DNA of 64,000 nucleotides from Vicugna vicugna (Eukaryota): NCBI GenBank assembly GCA_013265495.1, contig MU058463.1, positions 744,001 to 808,000 of the forward strand, read 5' to 3'. Shown piece by piece: positions 39,256 to 50,394 of this stretch (position 1 is its first letter; each line of letters starts with the position of its first letter). The notes under the pieces were generated by a model. It saw only the letters and a program-made list of their open reading frames with translations, ran no database searches and was not told where the DNA came from. The position numbers and the translations under genes were made by a program.

Positions 39256-41696
39256 TATATGATTATAGAATACAAAACGGATGCAATGATGATATGCCTC
39301 TAATGTGTAACTTTGTTACTGCTTCTTAGATGAAAGTAAATAAGAATAAAGCACATCTACATGGAAATTCCAGTAATTTCCAGTTTTATGTAATATATGC
39401 TTGTGGGAGTTCTTGATATATATTAGGCATGCTACTAGGCAGGTAGACAGTGAGATACAAAGAGAAATTACAGTTGAGTCTGGAAGAGAGAATTACAACT
39501 GAACATGATTAAAGTATGAAAATGATATCATGGAAGCACAAAGGTAGAATGACTATGCTTGCCTTTGGCATTAGGAGGTGATTTTTCTGAGACGATCCCT
39601 GAAGACTGAAAGAGTTGTTTGTACACACTTCTGTAAGGATGTAGGGAATATTAGAGCAAAGAGAAGTCAAAGAAGTCCAAATAATGTGATCACATTTGCA
39701 AATACCTGGATAATGCTATGTCAGAACTAGCATTTTGACCACTTCAAGGAATTCACCACTAGATTCAGAGTAAAATTAAAAGGTGAGAACCAGATAAAGT
39801 ATTTTAGTTCCAGTAAAATATTTCTGATAAATCATGTATATACGTCAGTGAAAGTTATTTTCAATAGCATGATATGCCTGCTTAATTTTCCACATTGCAT
39901 CACTTTGGAACACTCCATCTTACTGGACTAGATCTAGATTTTATGATGATTTTTAGTGGAGAGTATTATGCAATAAATTGCTTATTACTTTCCAGATGTC
40001 TTGCCAGTGGGTATTTATTTGAAATGAAATTATATTTTGGAAACCTTAACATACCATTCTTTAGACAAGATGAAACTTAGTAAAGTGGAGCTTAAGTAAC
40101 AAGCTTATTGTTAACATGCATATTATTTGCACTTTTTTAAATTGAAATCATGTCATATTAAAGATATTTTTTCTTGGATGACTCATCCTGGCCAGTGTTA
40201 GAGTAGGATTTATTTATGTAATTACAATTAATTGAGTTGCTGATAGATCTTGATAGAAAAAGGATCCTATTATCCACTTTCCAGCTGATGTGCAGTTTGC
40301 TGATTTCCATTTTCACTCAAGTGCACACATTATTGGAGAAAACACCTTTAATGTTTTATGGTGTTGTATTAAGAGTAGCTTACCCTTAATATGTGGCCAT
40401 TCAACATTGCAGTAGCATGTATTGATCAATATCCTTTAATATTAGAATGGTTTATGCATGATAAAAAAAATACTGATTTCACAAAGAAGAATAACACAGT
40501 TCTTAAAAGAGAACCACTTTGGGGGAGTTTTATTTTCATTTTTTTTCCATCTTGGAGATTTTGGCAACAAAATTTCTTCAGAAGCCACAAATTCTCTGGT
40601 TAATGAATATTTCTCAATATGTGTGCTGGGTATTCTAGGACAATGACTAACATTATGAAAAAAACAATCAATTATGCATGACTGAAAGGAATAACTACTA
40701 AGAAACTTGAGCATTAAAAAGTCATCCTGATCTAAGGTAAATTTAATGGAATGAAAATCCAATACTTGCTTTATTTGACAGATTAAAAGTGAAAGAAGTG
40801 GCCAATGCTGTGATTTAGGGACATTTTTCTTATTGAAGGTGTAGCAAGCCAGCAAATAAATGTCCATGTACATTTAGTTACCTACAAAATAAACATCTTT
40901 GCAATATCTTTTCTAAGTAAATTTTCCATGTTCCCTCCCCCTACCACTTGAGTCACAAATGCACAGAAAGATCACATCAATCTCAAGCACAACTTTAAAG
41001 TATAAATAGAGCCAGAAAGAAATCAAGAAATTGATGAAGCATGTTTCAGGTTTTTTCCTATTCCAGTCTTCTGAACCACTGATTTCCTCATTTATTTTTA
41101 TCTTGTTGTATCTTTCCAAACCACTTCAAATATTTTAATTTTCTACTTGGGACTAAAATATTAAAATATAATGTTACATGTGTTTGAAGCTTTAATAAAA
41201 GTATCAATTCAATAAATACTCATTTTGCATTTAAAATAACTTACTTTTGCAAAGACCTCAGCGCATAAAAGCAACATTTACATGTATTATTTACTTCATC
41301 CTAATCGTCAGTATACATATAGTAATAACCTAAATGTGCATAGTGTATTTTAAAGAATGTATACCTAAATTAATAACCTAATATCTGAGTTATAATCACT
41401 CCTTGATTCAGATTAGTGTCCATAGTTATTACTATCTGTGAAATAATAATAACAGGAAGAACACTAAAAATGTGAGTTTAAGAATGTGAAATTTAAATTC
41501 AAAGGATAAAACAAAAGAAAGAAATGAAGTTTAGAAGATACACTTTAAAAAGAAATTGCATTATGAACAACAAAGCCACATTTTTAACTAAAGAGAGAAT
41601 TACTGTTAATAATATAAATTATAATGACAATATAATGGCATAAATCAAATAAACAGATAATTATGACTAGAGAAAATATTGTAATAAGGTTTTTTT

Positions 41697-42086
41697 TGTT
41701 TTGTTTTGTTTTAACATTTTTTATTGATTTATAATCATTTTACAATGTTGTGTCAAATTCCAGTGTTCAGTACAATTTTTCAGTCATTCATGGACATATA
41801 CACACTCATTGTCACATTTTTTTCTCTGTGATTTATCATAACATTTTGTGTATATTTCCCTGTGCTATACAGTGTAATCTTGTTTATCTATTCTACAATT
41901 TTGAAATCCCAGTCTATCCCTTCCCACCCTCTACCCCCACCCCCGGTAACCACAAGTCTGTATTCTCTGTCCATGAGTCTATTTCTGTCCTGTATTTATG
42001 CTTTGTTTTTGTTTGTTTGTTTTTGTTTTTTAGATTCCACATATGAGCGATCTCATATGGTATTTTTCTTTCTCTTTCTGGCTTAC
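41697..42086 (-). mobile_element. Young camelid-type L1 3' end (5'-truncated, about 390 bp)
   Basis: T-rich tail, 3'UTR and ORF2 terminus (ttagattccacatatgagcgatctcatatggtatttttc). TSD tgtaataaggttttttt (41680-41696) / tgtgataagggtttttt (42087-42103). Confidence 0.92.
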
Positions 42087-42209
42087 TGTGATAAGGGTTT
42101 TTTAATTGTGAAAATGCCTTTAGGAACTTTGTCCTTGAACTTGAATTCGAATCTGTATTTTAAGAATATATTCAGAGGTATCATAGAGAAAAATGATATT
42201 CTGGAAATG

Positions 42210-43350
42210 AAAAAAATAAAATGAGAAACATAAGTAAAGTCCCACACTTACCCCATTTCTCTACCTAGGGACAGTTTCCCAAATTTGACTCAGGGAAGTG
42301 AAGCCTAAGGAGAGCACAGCGGTACTGTTGGGCAGAGAAGGATGAGAGCAGATTTCAAGGGCACTATTACAGGTGAAACTTGCAGGACATTGCACCAGAA
42401 GGAGGGAAATGTATGGAGTGAGACTCCCAAAAGATCATTGACTGAGGGCTGCTTTCTTCATGTTCAGGGTGAAATTTCACAAAGCCAAACACAGTGTAGC
42501 TGCTACAGAAGGAAGAGGTTACATAGGGTTGGAGCCTGGCACTCTGATTCATCTGAAAGGAGCGACCTCAAGAATAACCAAAGCATTCTTTTGAGACATG
42601 AGGCAGATCACACCTTACAACCATGGACCACAGCACATGGTAAGATCTTCTCAAAATCCTCCAAAACAAAGACTGAAATGAAACTTCAAAATGGTCCAGA
42701 AAAGCTGCAATACAGTTACTGCTTATCAGGAAAAACAAAAACAAAAACAAAAACAAAAACAAAAACAAAAACAAAAACACTCTTTAAAGAAAGAAAACAT
42801 ATTTCAAATCCAGGTATTAGAAACAGAGAAGAGTTTGAAGGAACTATTAGAAATATATTTAAGAACTTAATAGAACATATGGTCTTAAGAAGTGAAGATG
42901 AGGACTCATAGGAGAAAAATCAAAGTGGTAAAACAGACAGACTGAAAATATGGAAGTGAAAAATACATTTGAAATGAACATTTTATGGGATGTGTTTAAT
43001 AGGATATTAGATGCTGCAGAAAAAAAGATCAGTGAACATGGAGAACATGAAGAGTAAAAAACAAGATTTAAAATTTTAAAAAAGGTAGAGTTTGAATGAG
43101 TTATGGGAAAATTTCAGAAAATATAAGGAAGTTTCTAATACTATATTAGTTATGTATCTGGAATGTTAAGAAGAGAGAGACTGGGGCTTAAAAATTGAAG
43201 AAGCAGTGATTTCAAATTTCTCAAATATGTTGAAAATGAAAATGTAATTATGCATACTACAACTTTTAGCACAAATGCTAAAACTGTAAAGAGAATTATG
43301 GCAAAAAAAAATGGAAGAAGCAAGTAGAGTATTAAAAAAATAGGTAAAAT
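42210..43350 (+). mobile_element. Ancient L1M 5'UTR/ORF1 fragment
   Basis: gggatgtgtttaataggatattagatgctgcagaaaaaaagatcagtgaac is an L1 ORF1 coiled-coil motif. The upstream part resembles an old 5'UTR. Confidence 0.65.
42731..42778. repeat. (AAAAAC)8 microsatellite
   Basis: Perfect hexamer run. It produces the KTKTKT tract in ORF 42342-42911. Confidence 0.95.
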
Positions 43351-43374
43351 TTTCCACATCCTCACCAACTCAGA

Positions 43375-44345
43375 CGTGGAATTTCTGGGTCATATGATAG
43401 TTCTGTTTTTGTTTTTTTATTTAAAGAAGTTTCATACAGTTTTCCATAGCAGGTGTACCAACTTACATATCTACCAACAGTGTACAAGTGTTCCCTTCTC
43501 TCCACATCCTTACCAGCACTTGTTATCGCTTGTCTTTTTGATAATAGGTGTGAGGTGATATGTCATTGTGGTTTTGTTTTGTATTTCTCTCATAATTAGT
43601 AATGTTGAGCACATTTTTATATACTTGGTGGCCATTTGTAGGTTTCCTTTGGGAAAATGTATTACTCAAGGCCTTTGTTTATTTGTTTTATCAGGTTATT
43701 TGCTTGCTATTGAGTTTAGGAGTTTCTTATATATTTTGTATCTTAACCTTTTATCAGATATATGACTTGAATTTTTTTCTCCCATTTCTTAGGCTGCCTT
43801 TTCATTCTGTTGATTATTTCTTTTTCTTGCAGAAGGTTTTCAGTTTGATATAGTCCTACTTGTGTATTTTTGCTTTTCTTGCCTGTGCTTTTTGTGTCAT
43901 GTCCAAGAAACCATTGCCAAGAATAATATCAAGAGGATTTTCCCCTGTGTTTTCTTCTAGGAAATTTATAATTTCAGGTCTTACATTTAGACATCTTTTT
44001 TGAGTTAATTTTTGTGTATGATGTAAGGTAAGGGTCTAATCTCATTCTTTTGCAAGTGGATATTCAGTTTTCTCAACACTATTTGTTGTTTTCCTCCATT
44101 GTGTATTCTTGGCACCCTTGTTGAAGATCAGTTGACTGTATATTCATGGGTTTGTTTCTGGGATCCTTATTCTGTTCCATTGGTCTAAATGTCTGTCTTA
44201 ATGGGTGTACCATACTGTTTTGATTACTGCAGCTTTGGACTATATTTTGAAGTCAAGAAATTTGAGGTCTTCTGTAGTTCTATATGAATTAAAAATTTTT
44301 TCTATTTATTTAAAAAATACCATTGGGATTTTTATAAGGATAGAA
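43375..44345 (-). mobile_element. L1 ORF2 3'-region fragment (antisense, no 3'UTR)
   Basis: Classic antisense ORF2 (ccaacagtgtacaagtgttcccttctctccacatcctt, tgttccattggtcta...taccatactgttttgattactgcagctttg). Confidence 0.88.
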
Positions 44346-44369
44346 CATGTTCTCCACCTTCCACCCAAC

Positions 44370-44594
44370 ACATCTTAAAATATTAAGTTAAGCCAAAAAG
44401 AAAGAGACAGAAAAGGAGAAACAGAGTTTTTAAAATTGTATAAACAATTTGAAAAACAAATAGAAAAATGATGGATGTAAACATAAACATATCAATAACT
44501 GTGTTAAATATAAGTGAACTTCATGATCTAATAAGAGGAAGTAATTACACTGGATAAAAAAGAGAATATAACCATATGCTATCTACAAGAAACA

Positions 44595-44596
<2 letters not shown>
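44370..44596 (+). mobile_element. Ancient L1 inter-ORF / ORF2-start fragment
   Basis: atatcaataactgtgttaaatataagtgaact...ctggataaaaaag...accatatgctatctacaagaaacac. Confidence 0.7.

Positions 44597-44652
<56 letters not shown>
44597..44652. repeat. (GT)28 perfect microsatellite
   Basis: Uninterrupted 56-bp GT run. Confidence 0.98.
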
Positions 44653-44656
<4 letters not shown>

Positions 44657-45559
44657 TTTTATAAATAAAGTTGGAAAAGCAAATATATATATATAATTTT
44701 TTCATAGTAATAAATGAAGCATTGAACAGGATTGATTGGTGTGTGAACTTTTTGAACATTTAATTCAAATGACTGGCTAATTCAGCCTGGATCTTCAAAC
44801 CAGTTGCATAGAAGTATTTAGGGTTAACATAGCAGCTATAATGTGAAAAATGCCAACATTTTCAAATGCCTTCATTAAAATTCCAAGCTCATTCAATTAT
44901 TCTTTTTCTCTTTTGGTCTCAGGAATTTATGAAGTTTAATTCAAGCTCTGAATTTCTAAAGTACAAACATCCATACTAATTAAAATTCAGTCACAACAGA
45001 CAAGCTTAATTGGGACCAAAAAGCTCCAGAGAAAATTACAGTAGATAATTTCAAGTCTGAGGATTTCAAGGACTTCTTTGTTATGCCAAGATACAGTTAT
45101 TAAGATTTCTCTTGTCCTTTCACAATTTCCTCCCAATAAATTTTACTTTCTAGGCAGTTTCATAAATGAGTAACTGGAATACCACTTCTAGCTCCCTGAA
45201 GAACTTAGTAATGTTGAGCAAAATTGCTTTGATTTATGTTGTGTTATGTAGATGGTAAAATGGAAATAAAAGAAAGCAGTGTGTTAATTATAAACATAGA
45301 GGCAGGATCATCTTACACATATAGGAATATTAGAGGCAAAATGGTGTTTAACAGTTTCACTCTGTCAGCACACTCATTTAAGTATTTTTACAATATTCAG
45401 TATTAACTAAATGTGCAATCATGTCTTTATTTTGTATGTAAATTGGCAATCAGGAAAGACTGAAGTCAAAATGATAGATTTTAAATTACGTTTGTAAGTG
45501 TCTGATTTTGCTTCAAGTGTATAAAAATCTGAGCCCTATAAAATAATGATATATATTTA

Positions 45560-45977
45560 TATATCAGTCTCAGGATAGGTAGGTCATAATAATAAATAAC
45601 CCAAAATTTCAAGTAGCCCAAACACAATGGAAGTTTATTCCTCACTCATACAGTCCAATGTATTTGTCCTTATCACTAGGTAGCTTTCCTTCATATACTG
45701 AGTCAGAAGTCCAAGTCCTTTAAATCATTTGGCTCTCTCATCCTCTAGGGCCTTGTAATTGCAAGAATCCAGCTGGAATAAAAAGAGACAGTCTGCAGAG
45801 GAAAACACTTGCCAAGCTTAGTCTCGAAATAGAACCCATCATTTATCTCATGCACCACTGTCTACAAGGCAGTCATATGGTTCTATCTAAGTGCAAGGGA
45901 GGTTGGGAGATGTAGAATAGCTCTAGGCTGAGGAAAAGAAAATGAATTTTGGTGAACTGGTAGCAGTCTTTGTTGCA
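45560..45977 (-). mobile_element. Old MaLR LTR (MLT1I/J-like)
   Basis: atcagtctcaggataggtaggtcat...aagtttattcctcactcat...tgcaagggaggttgggagatgtag...ggtgaactggtagcagtct. Confidence 0.7.
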
Positions 45978-46349
45978 TTCAGTTGCAAATAATTTAGTAT
46001 AAATTTAATGCTTCTCGTAAACTTGATTCATAAAGGCAAATTGAAATGGTACTGACTTGGTTTAACTTCTACCTACAGCAGAAGTTTCTGGATAATCTAA
46101 GTGATGGTGAAAAGATGAGGAGAAACTAAAAGAAATTCAACAAAAACGCATCAAAATCATAAACATAAAACATAGAATTATGTGTCTGTGTTTGGGTATA
46201 TGCTCATATTTAATGTCTACGATACTTACCTTTGATAGGTAAGGAAAAATACTGGCTTTGTGTGTATACTTGAATATAACCCAGATACTGTCTTCAGTAA
46301 GATGAGGTTATCTGCTTCCATTGCTTCAGTTTCACTCAAGAAGAGAAAC

Positions 46350-46592
46350 ACAGTGTATTTGAAAAAGCATAGGATTCAAACCTTCCAAAAATGAAATCAT
46401 GATTAAGCTGCTTTTTAAATTTGTGACTTACTAATTGTGTAACTTTGGGGAAGTATGTTAATCCTTTTCAGAGCTAGTCTCCTCATTTTTAAAAGGGCAA
46501 ACTCTCTACTTTGACGATTTTGAGGATTAAAGGAGGTAATGCATGACAACTATCTGACTCACCCAAGACAAGCTATAAATGGTGACTACTGT
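46350..46592 (+). mobile_element. MIR SINE
   Basis: acttactaattgtgtaactttggggaagtatgttaatcc...tgaggattaaaggaggtaatgcatg. Confidence 0.7.
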
Positions 46593-46599
46593 TTTTACC

Positions 46600-47230
46600 C
46601 ACCTCGTGTCTTCAGTCCTGAGCTCTCTCTTGAACTTTTGGCCTATTTTCCAACTTACACTAAATATTTCTATTCTTTATTTTCCGACAGCCAGAAACCA
46701 TTGTTTCCTACTAATTTTCACCCAGATAAATAGATTCTACCATTAAAACATACCTGGAATGCCCCTCCCCCTCTGTCATAATATCACTAATAGAGACTCA
46801 TTATGTCTCATGTATAATGTCTGAGTAGTAAAATAGACAGTGTCTGTCCTCATTCTGCTGTTCCCATGTGCTTTTTCTAAATATATATATAATTTTCCAG
46901 GCCTTCCAAGGCATCTTGCAGTTTAAGTAAATTCTCAAATCTTTACCATGATTTTCAAGACCCTTACACAAATTCACCCTATCAGAACTTTTTCAACTTC
47001 ACTTCCTTCGTTCCTTTTTCCTGACCCATATACATTATCTTAAACTGTAGCTATATATTGGCCCACAGAATCCATTGTTATCATTAGTCTATGCATCTGT
47101 CCATACTAGAACTTCTGCTTAGAATGTATTTCTGTACTTTCTCTGCTTTGCCATGTTATTTGTCTACAATAAGGCTCCTTTAAGATTCAGTTAAAATTTA
47201 AATTCAGCAACTTAATTTTCCAGGACACCT
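46600..47230 (+). mobile_element. L2 fragment
   Basis: cagtcctgagctctctcttgaactt...aaattctcaaatctttaccatgattttcaagaccctt...ttctgcttagaatg. Confidence 0.6.
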
Positions 47231-47707
47231 CATGCTTTGCCAGAAAAGGCCCAAATTAGCCCCAAATTGAGGATTACTTTCAAGTTAGGGGCATATTATT
47301 TTTCTCTCTTCCAACTATTTCTTTCCATTACTGTAAAAGAGACATCATTTTGCTGGAAACTATGCTTTGGGCTCAGGATGTAGGCATATCTCTAAAGCTG
47401 CTAAATGAGAGAAACTCGCAGGTTGGAGTATATATTTAGCATTATGAATCAACCAGGTCTGGGGTTTTAGTTATTATGCTATTAAACTTTTAGAATGAAA
47501 TATGCCTGGGGATGGGTCAGTTGTGGATTTGAAGAGAGCAAGATGACTGCAGTAATACAGCTAATTGTGGAAATTTCTGGGTCCCTTGTATTGAAGACAC
47601 ACTATTTTAAAATCCCCACAAATAACAGAAAAAGGATGACAAGGAGGAAGAAAACATAGATTATGCTGAATATTATCCACTTGATCCTCAGAAATGTCCT
47701 GCAACTT

Positions 47708-48294
47708 TATATCAGTTAGCCACTTCTGCATAACAAATTACCCAAAGTTTAGGAGCTTAAGGCAACTTCCATTTGTTATTTCTCACGGGATTATATAGTT
47801 CATTATCTGAATCAGGTAAAGCTAATGTTGCCTGGCCTTACTATATAATTCGGGTCAGCTGGCAGATTGGTTGAGTGTTTGCTGGTCTCAGATGCCCTTG
47901 GCTGAAATTATTCAACTTTTATCTATGTAGCCTCATTCTCCAGAGGACTAACTTGGGCTTGTATTCATGGTATTACAAGATTCTCAGAAAGAGAAATCAG
48001 AAGCATGCCTATGGTTAACACTACTGTATTATGCCATAAACATTTCATTAGGCAGGTAGCTCTTCTGTTAAGTGTTCTTACCACAATTAAAAAACCAATA
48101 CCACAACAACAAAAACCCACACATTATTTTCATTATATTCTGTTAGTCAAAACAAATCACAAGATCAGCCTGGATTCAAGGACTGGAGTAACAGACTCCA
48201 CATCTGAAAGAGAGAAGCTATAAATGTACCTTGTGAAGAGAATGGATACAGGAAGCGCTGAAGGTTTGAGACTATTACTCAACAATCTCCTTCA
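47708..48294 (-). mobile_element. MLT1G/H-like MaLR LTR with a nested L1 tip
   Basis: atcagttagccacttctgcataacaaattacccaaa...gggtcagctggcag...tcacaagatcagcctggattcaagg...tggatacaggaag. Confidence 0.75.
48005..48117 (+). mobile_element. Very short L1 3' tip (L1MA/MB-like) with degenerate A-tail
   Basis: atgcctatggttaacactactgtatt...gtagctcttctgttaagtgttcttaccacaattaaaaaaccaataccacaacaacaaaaac. Confidence 0.75.
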
Positions 48295-48302
48295 GATTTT
48301 TG

Positions 48303-48484
48303 GAGGGACTTCAAAATGGCAGAACAGAAGGACATGGAGCTAACCTTCTCCCACAAATCCATCAAAAATACACGTACGTTGTGGAACAATTCTCACAGAA
48401 TACCTACTGAACTCATAGCAGAAGATCTTATACAGCTGGAACTACAAAAAAACCCTCCTTATAACCAGGTAGGACGATAAAAAG
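48303..48484 (+). mobile_element. Isolated laurasiatherian L1 5'UTR start
   Basis: ggacttcaaaatggcagaacagaaggacatggagctaaccttctcccacaaatccatcaaaaataca...: YY1-like CAAAATGGC at the start. Ends in ataaaaag. Confidence 0.75.
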
Positions 48485-49039
48485 TCTTCAGACTTTCATC
48501 CTTCCAGTCTGTGTCTGAGACACTCACCCTTATAAACTGCATCAAAGGACCCTCTTATCTTTTATGTTCCTATTGGGTTTGACAAATAAGAGATACCAAT
48601 AGCAGATTAGCAACTACATCAAAGCATATTCGACCACAAGTTATATATAACTGAATCTCTCTTGTAAGGCAAAAGCTACTGCCTGGTAGGTTTTGTGATA
48701 TGTTTCTATTCATGATTCATAAAAAGCATATTACCCTTGATTAATCAAAATTGAACTTTTAAAGAGATAATACTTAGCAATTAATTTTTCAAATACTTTA
48801 ATTCATAATTCAATAGTAAACAATCTATAACTTTTAAGCACTCTTCAGGATGGCCATCTATTATTCATCATCATTAAACTTAAGCAGAAAAAATACCTGG
48901 AAAATATTTTAATTGAAAGTATACAGTTGTGGGGACATTTTAAATTAAAAATGACCCTCATGTTTTCAAAATGTGTCTATACTTATTTTATTCGATAATA
49001 ATGTTATCTTCAAATTAAGCAAATAATTAAAATAATTTA

Positions 49040-49432
49040 GTGTCGGGAGCCCGGCCACCAGACCCTGAGGCTGTACGCACGGCGAGGCCTACAGGAAGCC
49101 CACTGCACGGCAGTGGTGAGAAAAGATGTGGCGGGGTTCTCTGCATCTTCTTAGGATTTTGCTTGATATTCACTTTGCTGTGTGGATATATTAAGAATCA
49201 TGATTCTAGGGAGTCCCCACGGGGACAAGATGGGGAAATTCAGAGGAAGACTGGAACAAATATGACTAAGGGGCAATTCCATATAAATGTGTCCCAAGAA
49301 ATCTGTGCAGAGCTGTCTCTTTTATTAGGAGCCAGAGTAAGGGCAAAAAAGATACCTAGAGGAAATTGGGCTTGGGTTGGAGGACCATCGAATGTTCCGT
49401 GGTGCTGCTATAGTTATTGTTGCGTATCTTGA
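49040..49432 (+). CDS. Candidate LTR-U3-encoded type II membrane protein (130 aa, hypothetical; GTG start in this copy)
   Basis: Open frame from the LTR's first TG. Polar N-terminal 29 aa ending in KR, uncharged 22-aa segment CGGVLCIFLGFCLIFTLLCGYI, sequons N74-M-T and N83-V-S, Cys-rich C-terminus. Confidence 0.4.
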   Translation: MSGARPPDPEAVRTARPTGSPLHGSGEKRCGGVLCIFLGFCLIFTLLCGYIKNHDSRESPRGQDGEIQRKTGTNMTKGQFHINVSQEICAELSLLLGARVRAKKIPRGNWAWVGGPSNVPWCCYSYCCVS

Positions 49433-49942
49433 AGGGAGGATTCTAACTGAATAGGTTAAGTAAAGTTTAAATCAGGTTTCAAAGAATTCTGATGTCAACC
49501 TGTTAATCAGCTATTTGAGAATGGTCTGTCTAGGTCAATATAATCTTAAAAATTCTCGGAGCCAAAAAGAATAAAGGGAAATTGGTCAGTCTGAACGTTC
49601 TGGTACAGCAGAGTTAATGGGAAGAGAACAAGATTAAATCAAGATCCCCATGAACATTGAAGCGGCCAAATGGGACACGTAAGAGGACAGTGAAGGCGCA
49701 AATTGTTTGAGCTGTTCCGGAAGAGCTAACCGCGGAAGCGTAACAAAGACTGAAATTGTTAGTACTGTACTTCCCCCTCTGTACTTTGAAACCGCAAGTG
49801 CTTGTAAGCATAAGTATAAATACCACAACATGAGTAAAACTGGAGAAGAACCTGCTACCATGAGTTGCTGAAGTGTGTCTTTCTTCGCGCCGACGCTACT
49901 CCTCCCTCAGGTTCCTGAACCCGCTGGGGCTGGACTCCGGCA
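49041..49942 (+). mobile_element. Young class II (ERVK/betaretrovirus-like) solo LTR, 902 bp
   Basis: TG...CA termini (tgtcgggagcc ... ggggctggactccggca). Perfect 6-bp TSD ATTTAG (49035-49040 / 49943-49948). CpGs retained. TATAAA and AGTAAA near the 3' end. Confidence 0.92.
49815..49838 (+). promoter_or_regulatory. LTR TATA box and AGTAAA poly(A) signal
   Basis: TATAAA at 49815-49820 followed 12 nt later by AGTAAA at 49833-49838. Confidence 0.65.
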
Positions 49943-50394
49943 ATTTAGAATGAATATTTTATCTAATTACAATTTGTGAATAAACTGTTTCTTGAAATCA
50001 TTATATTCAACATTTTGTATTTCCTTAGATTAAGACACCAATATAATTGTGAATGTTTGGATCTTTAAGTATTTTGGTTAAACTAGAGTATTTTATCTTG
50101 TGGATATTATAGAATATATTTATTTTAACTATATTATGATAGCTTGGCCAATAAGAAAAGGCTGATATTTATTTTTAATATTTATCTGATAAAATAAATT
50201 ATAATATATACAAACCCAAAAGTTTATAGAAACATTTACTTCAGAAAAACATAAAGGTAAACAAATATTGGAATTATTAACATTTCTCAAGTTTGCTTTA
50301 TCCAACCCCATCTATATATCTATTTATATAATCTCATTATACATATTACAAACGCATGTATATATGTGTGTGTGTGTGTGTGATTGCTGACTCA

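Noticed and set aside
40176..40188. Extended AP-1 palindrome GGATGACTCATCC
   Set aside because: A single short motif with no supporting evidence of function.
42342..42911. Longest ORF in the window (189 aa)
   Set aside because: It lies in a decayed L1 5'/ORF1 region and runs through an (AAAAAC)8 microsatellite. No recognisable domain.
49340..49575. Protein-like +1 frame (GQKRYLEEIGLGLEDHRMFRGAAIVIVAYLEGRILTE*VK*SLNQ...) as a frameshifted continuation of the U3 ORF
   Set aside because: It contains several stops and cannot be supported from one copy. Worth rechecking only against a family consensus.
49614..49861. Two antisense ORFs (70 and 75 aa) inside the LTR
   Set aside because: Short, overlapping in different frames, no distinguishing features, and within chance expectation.
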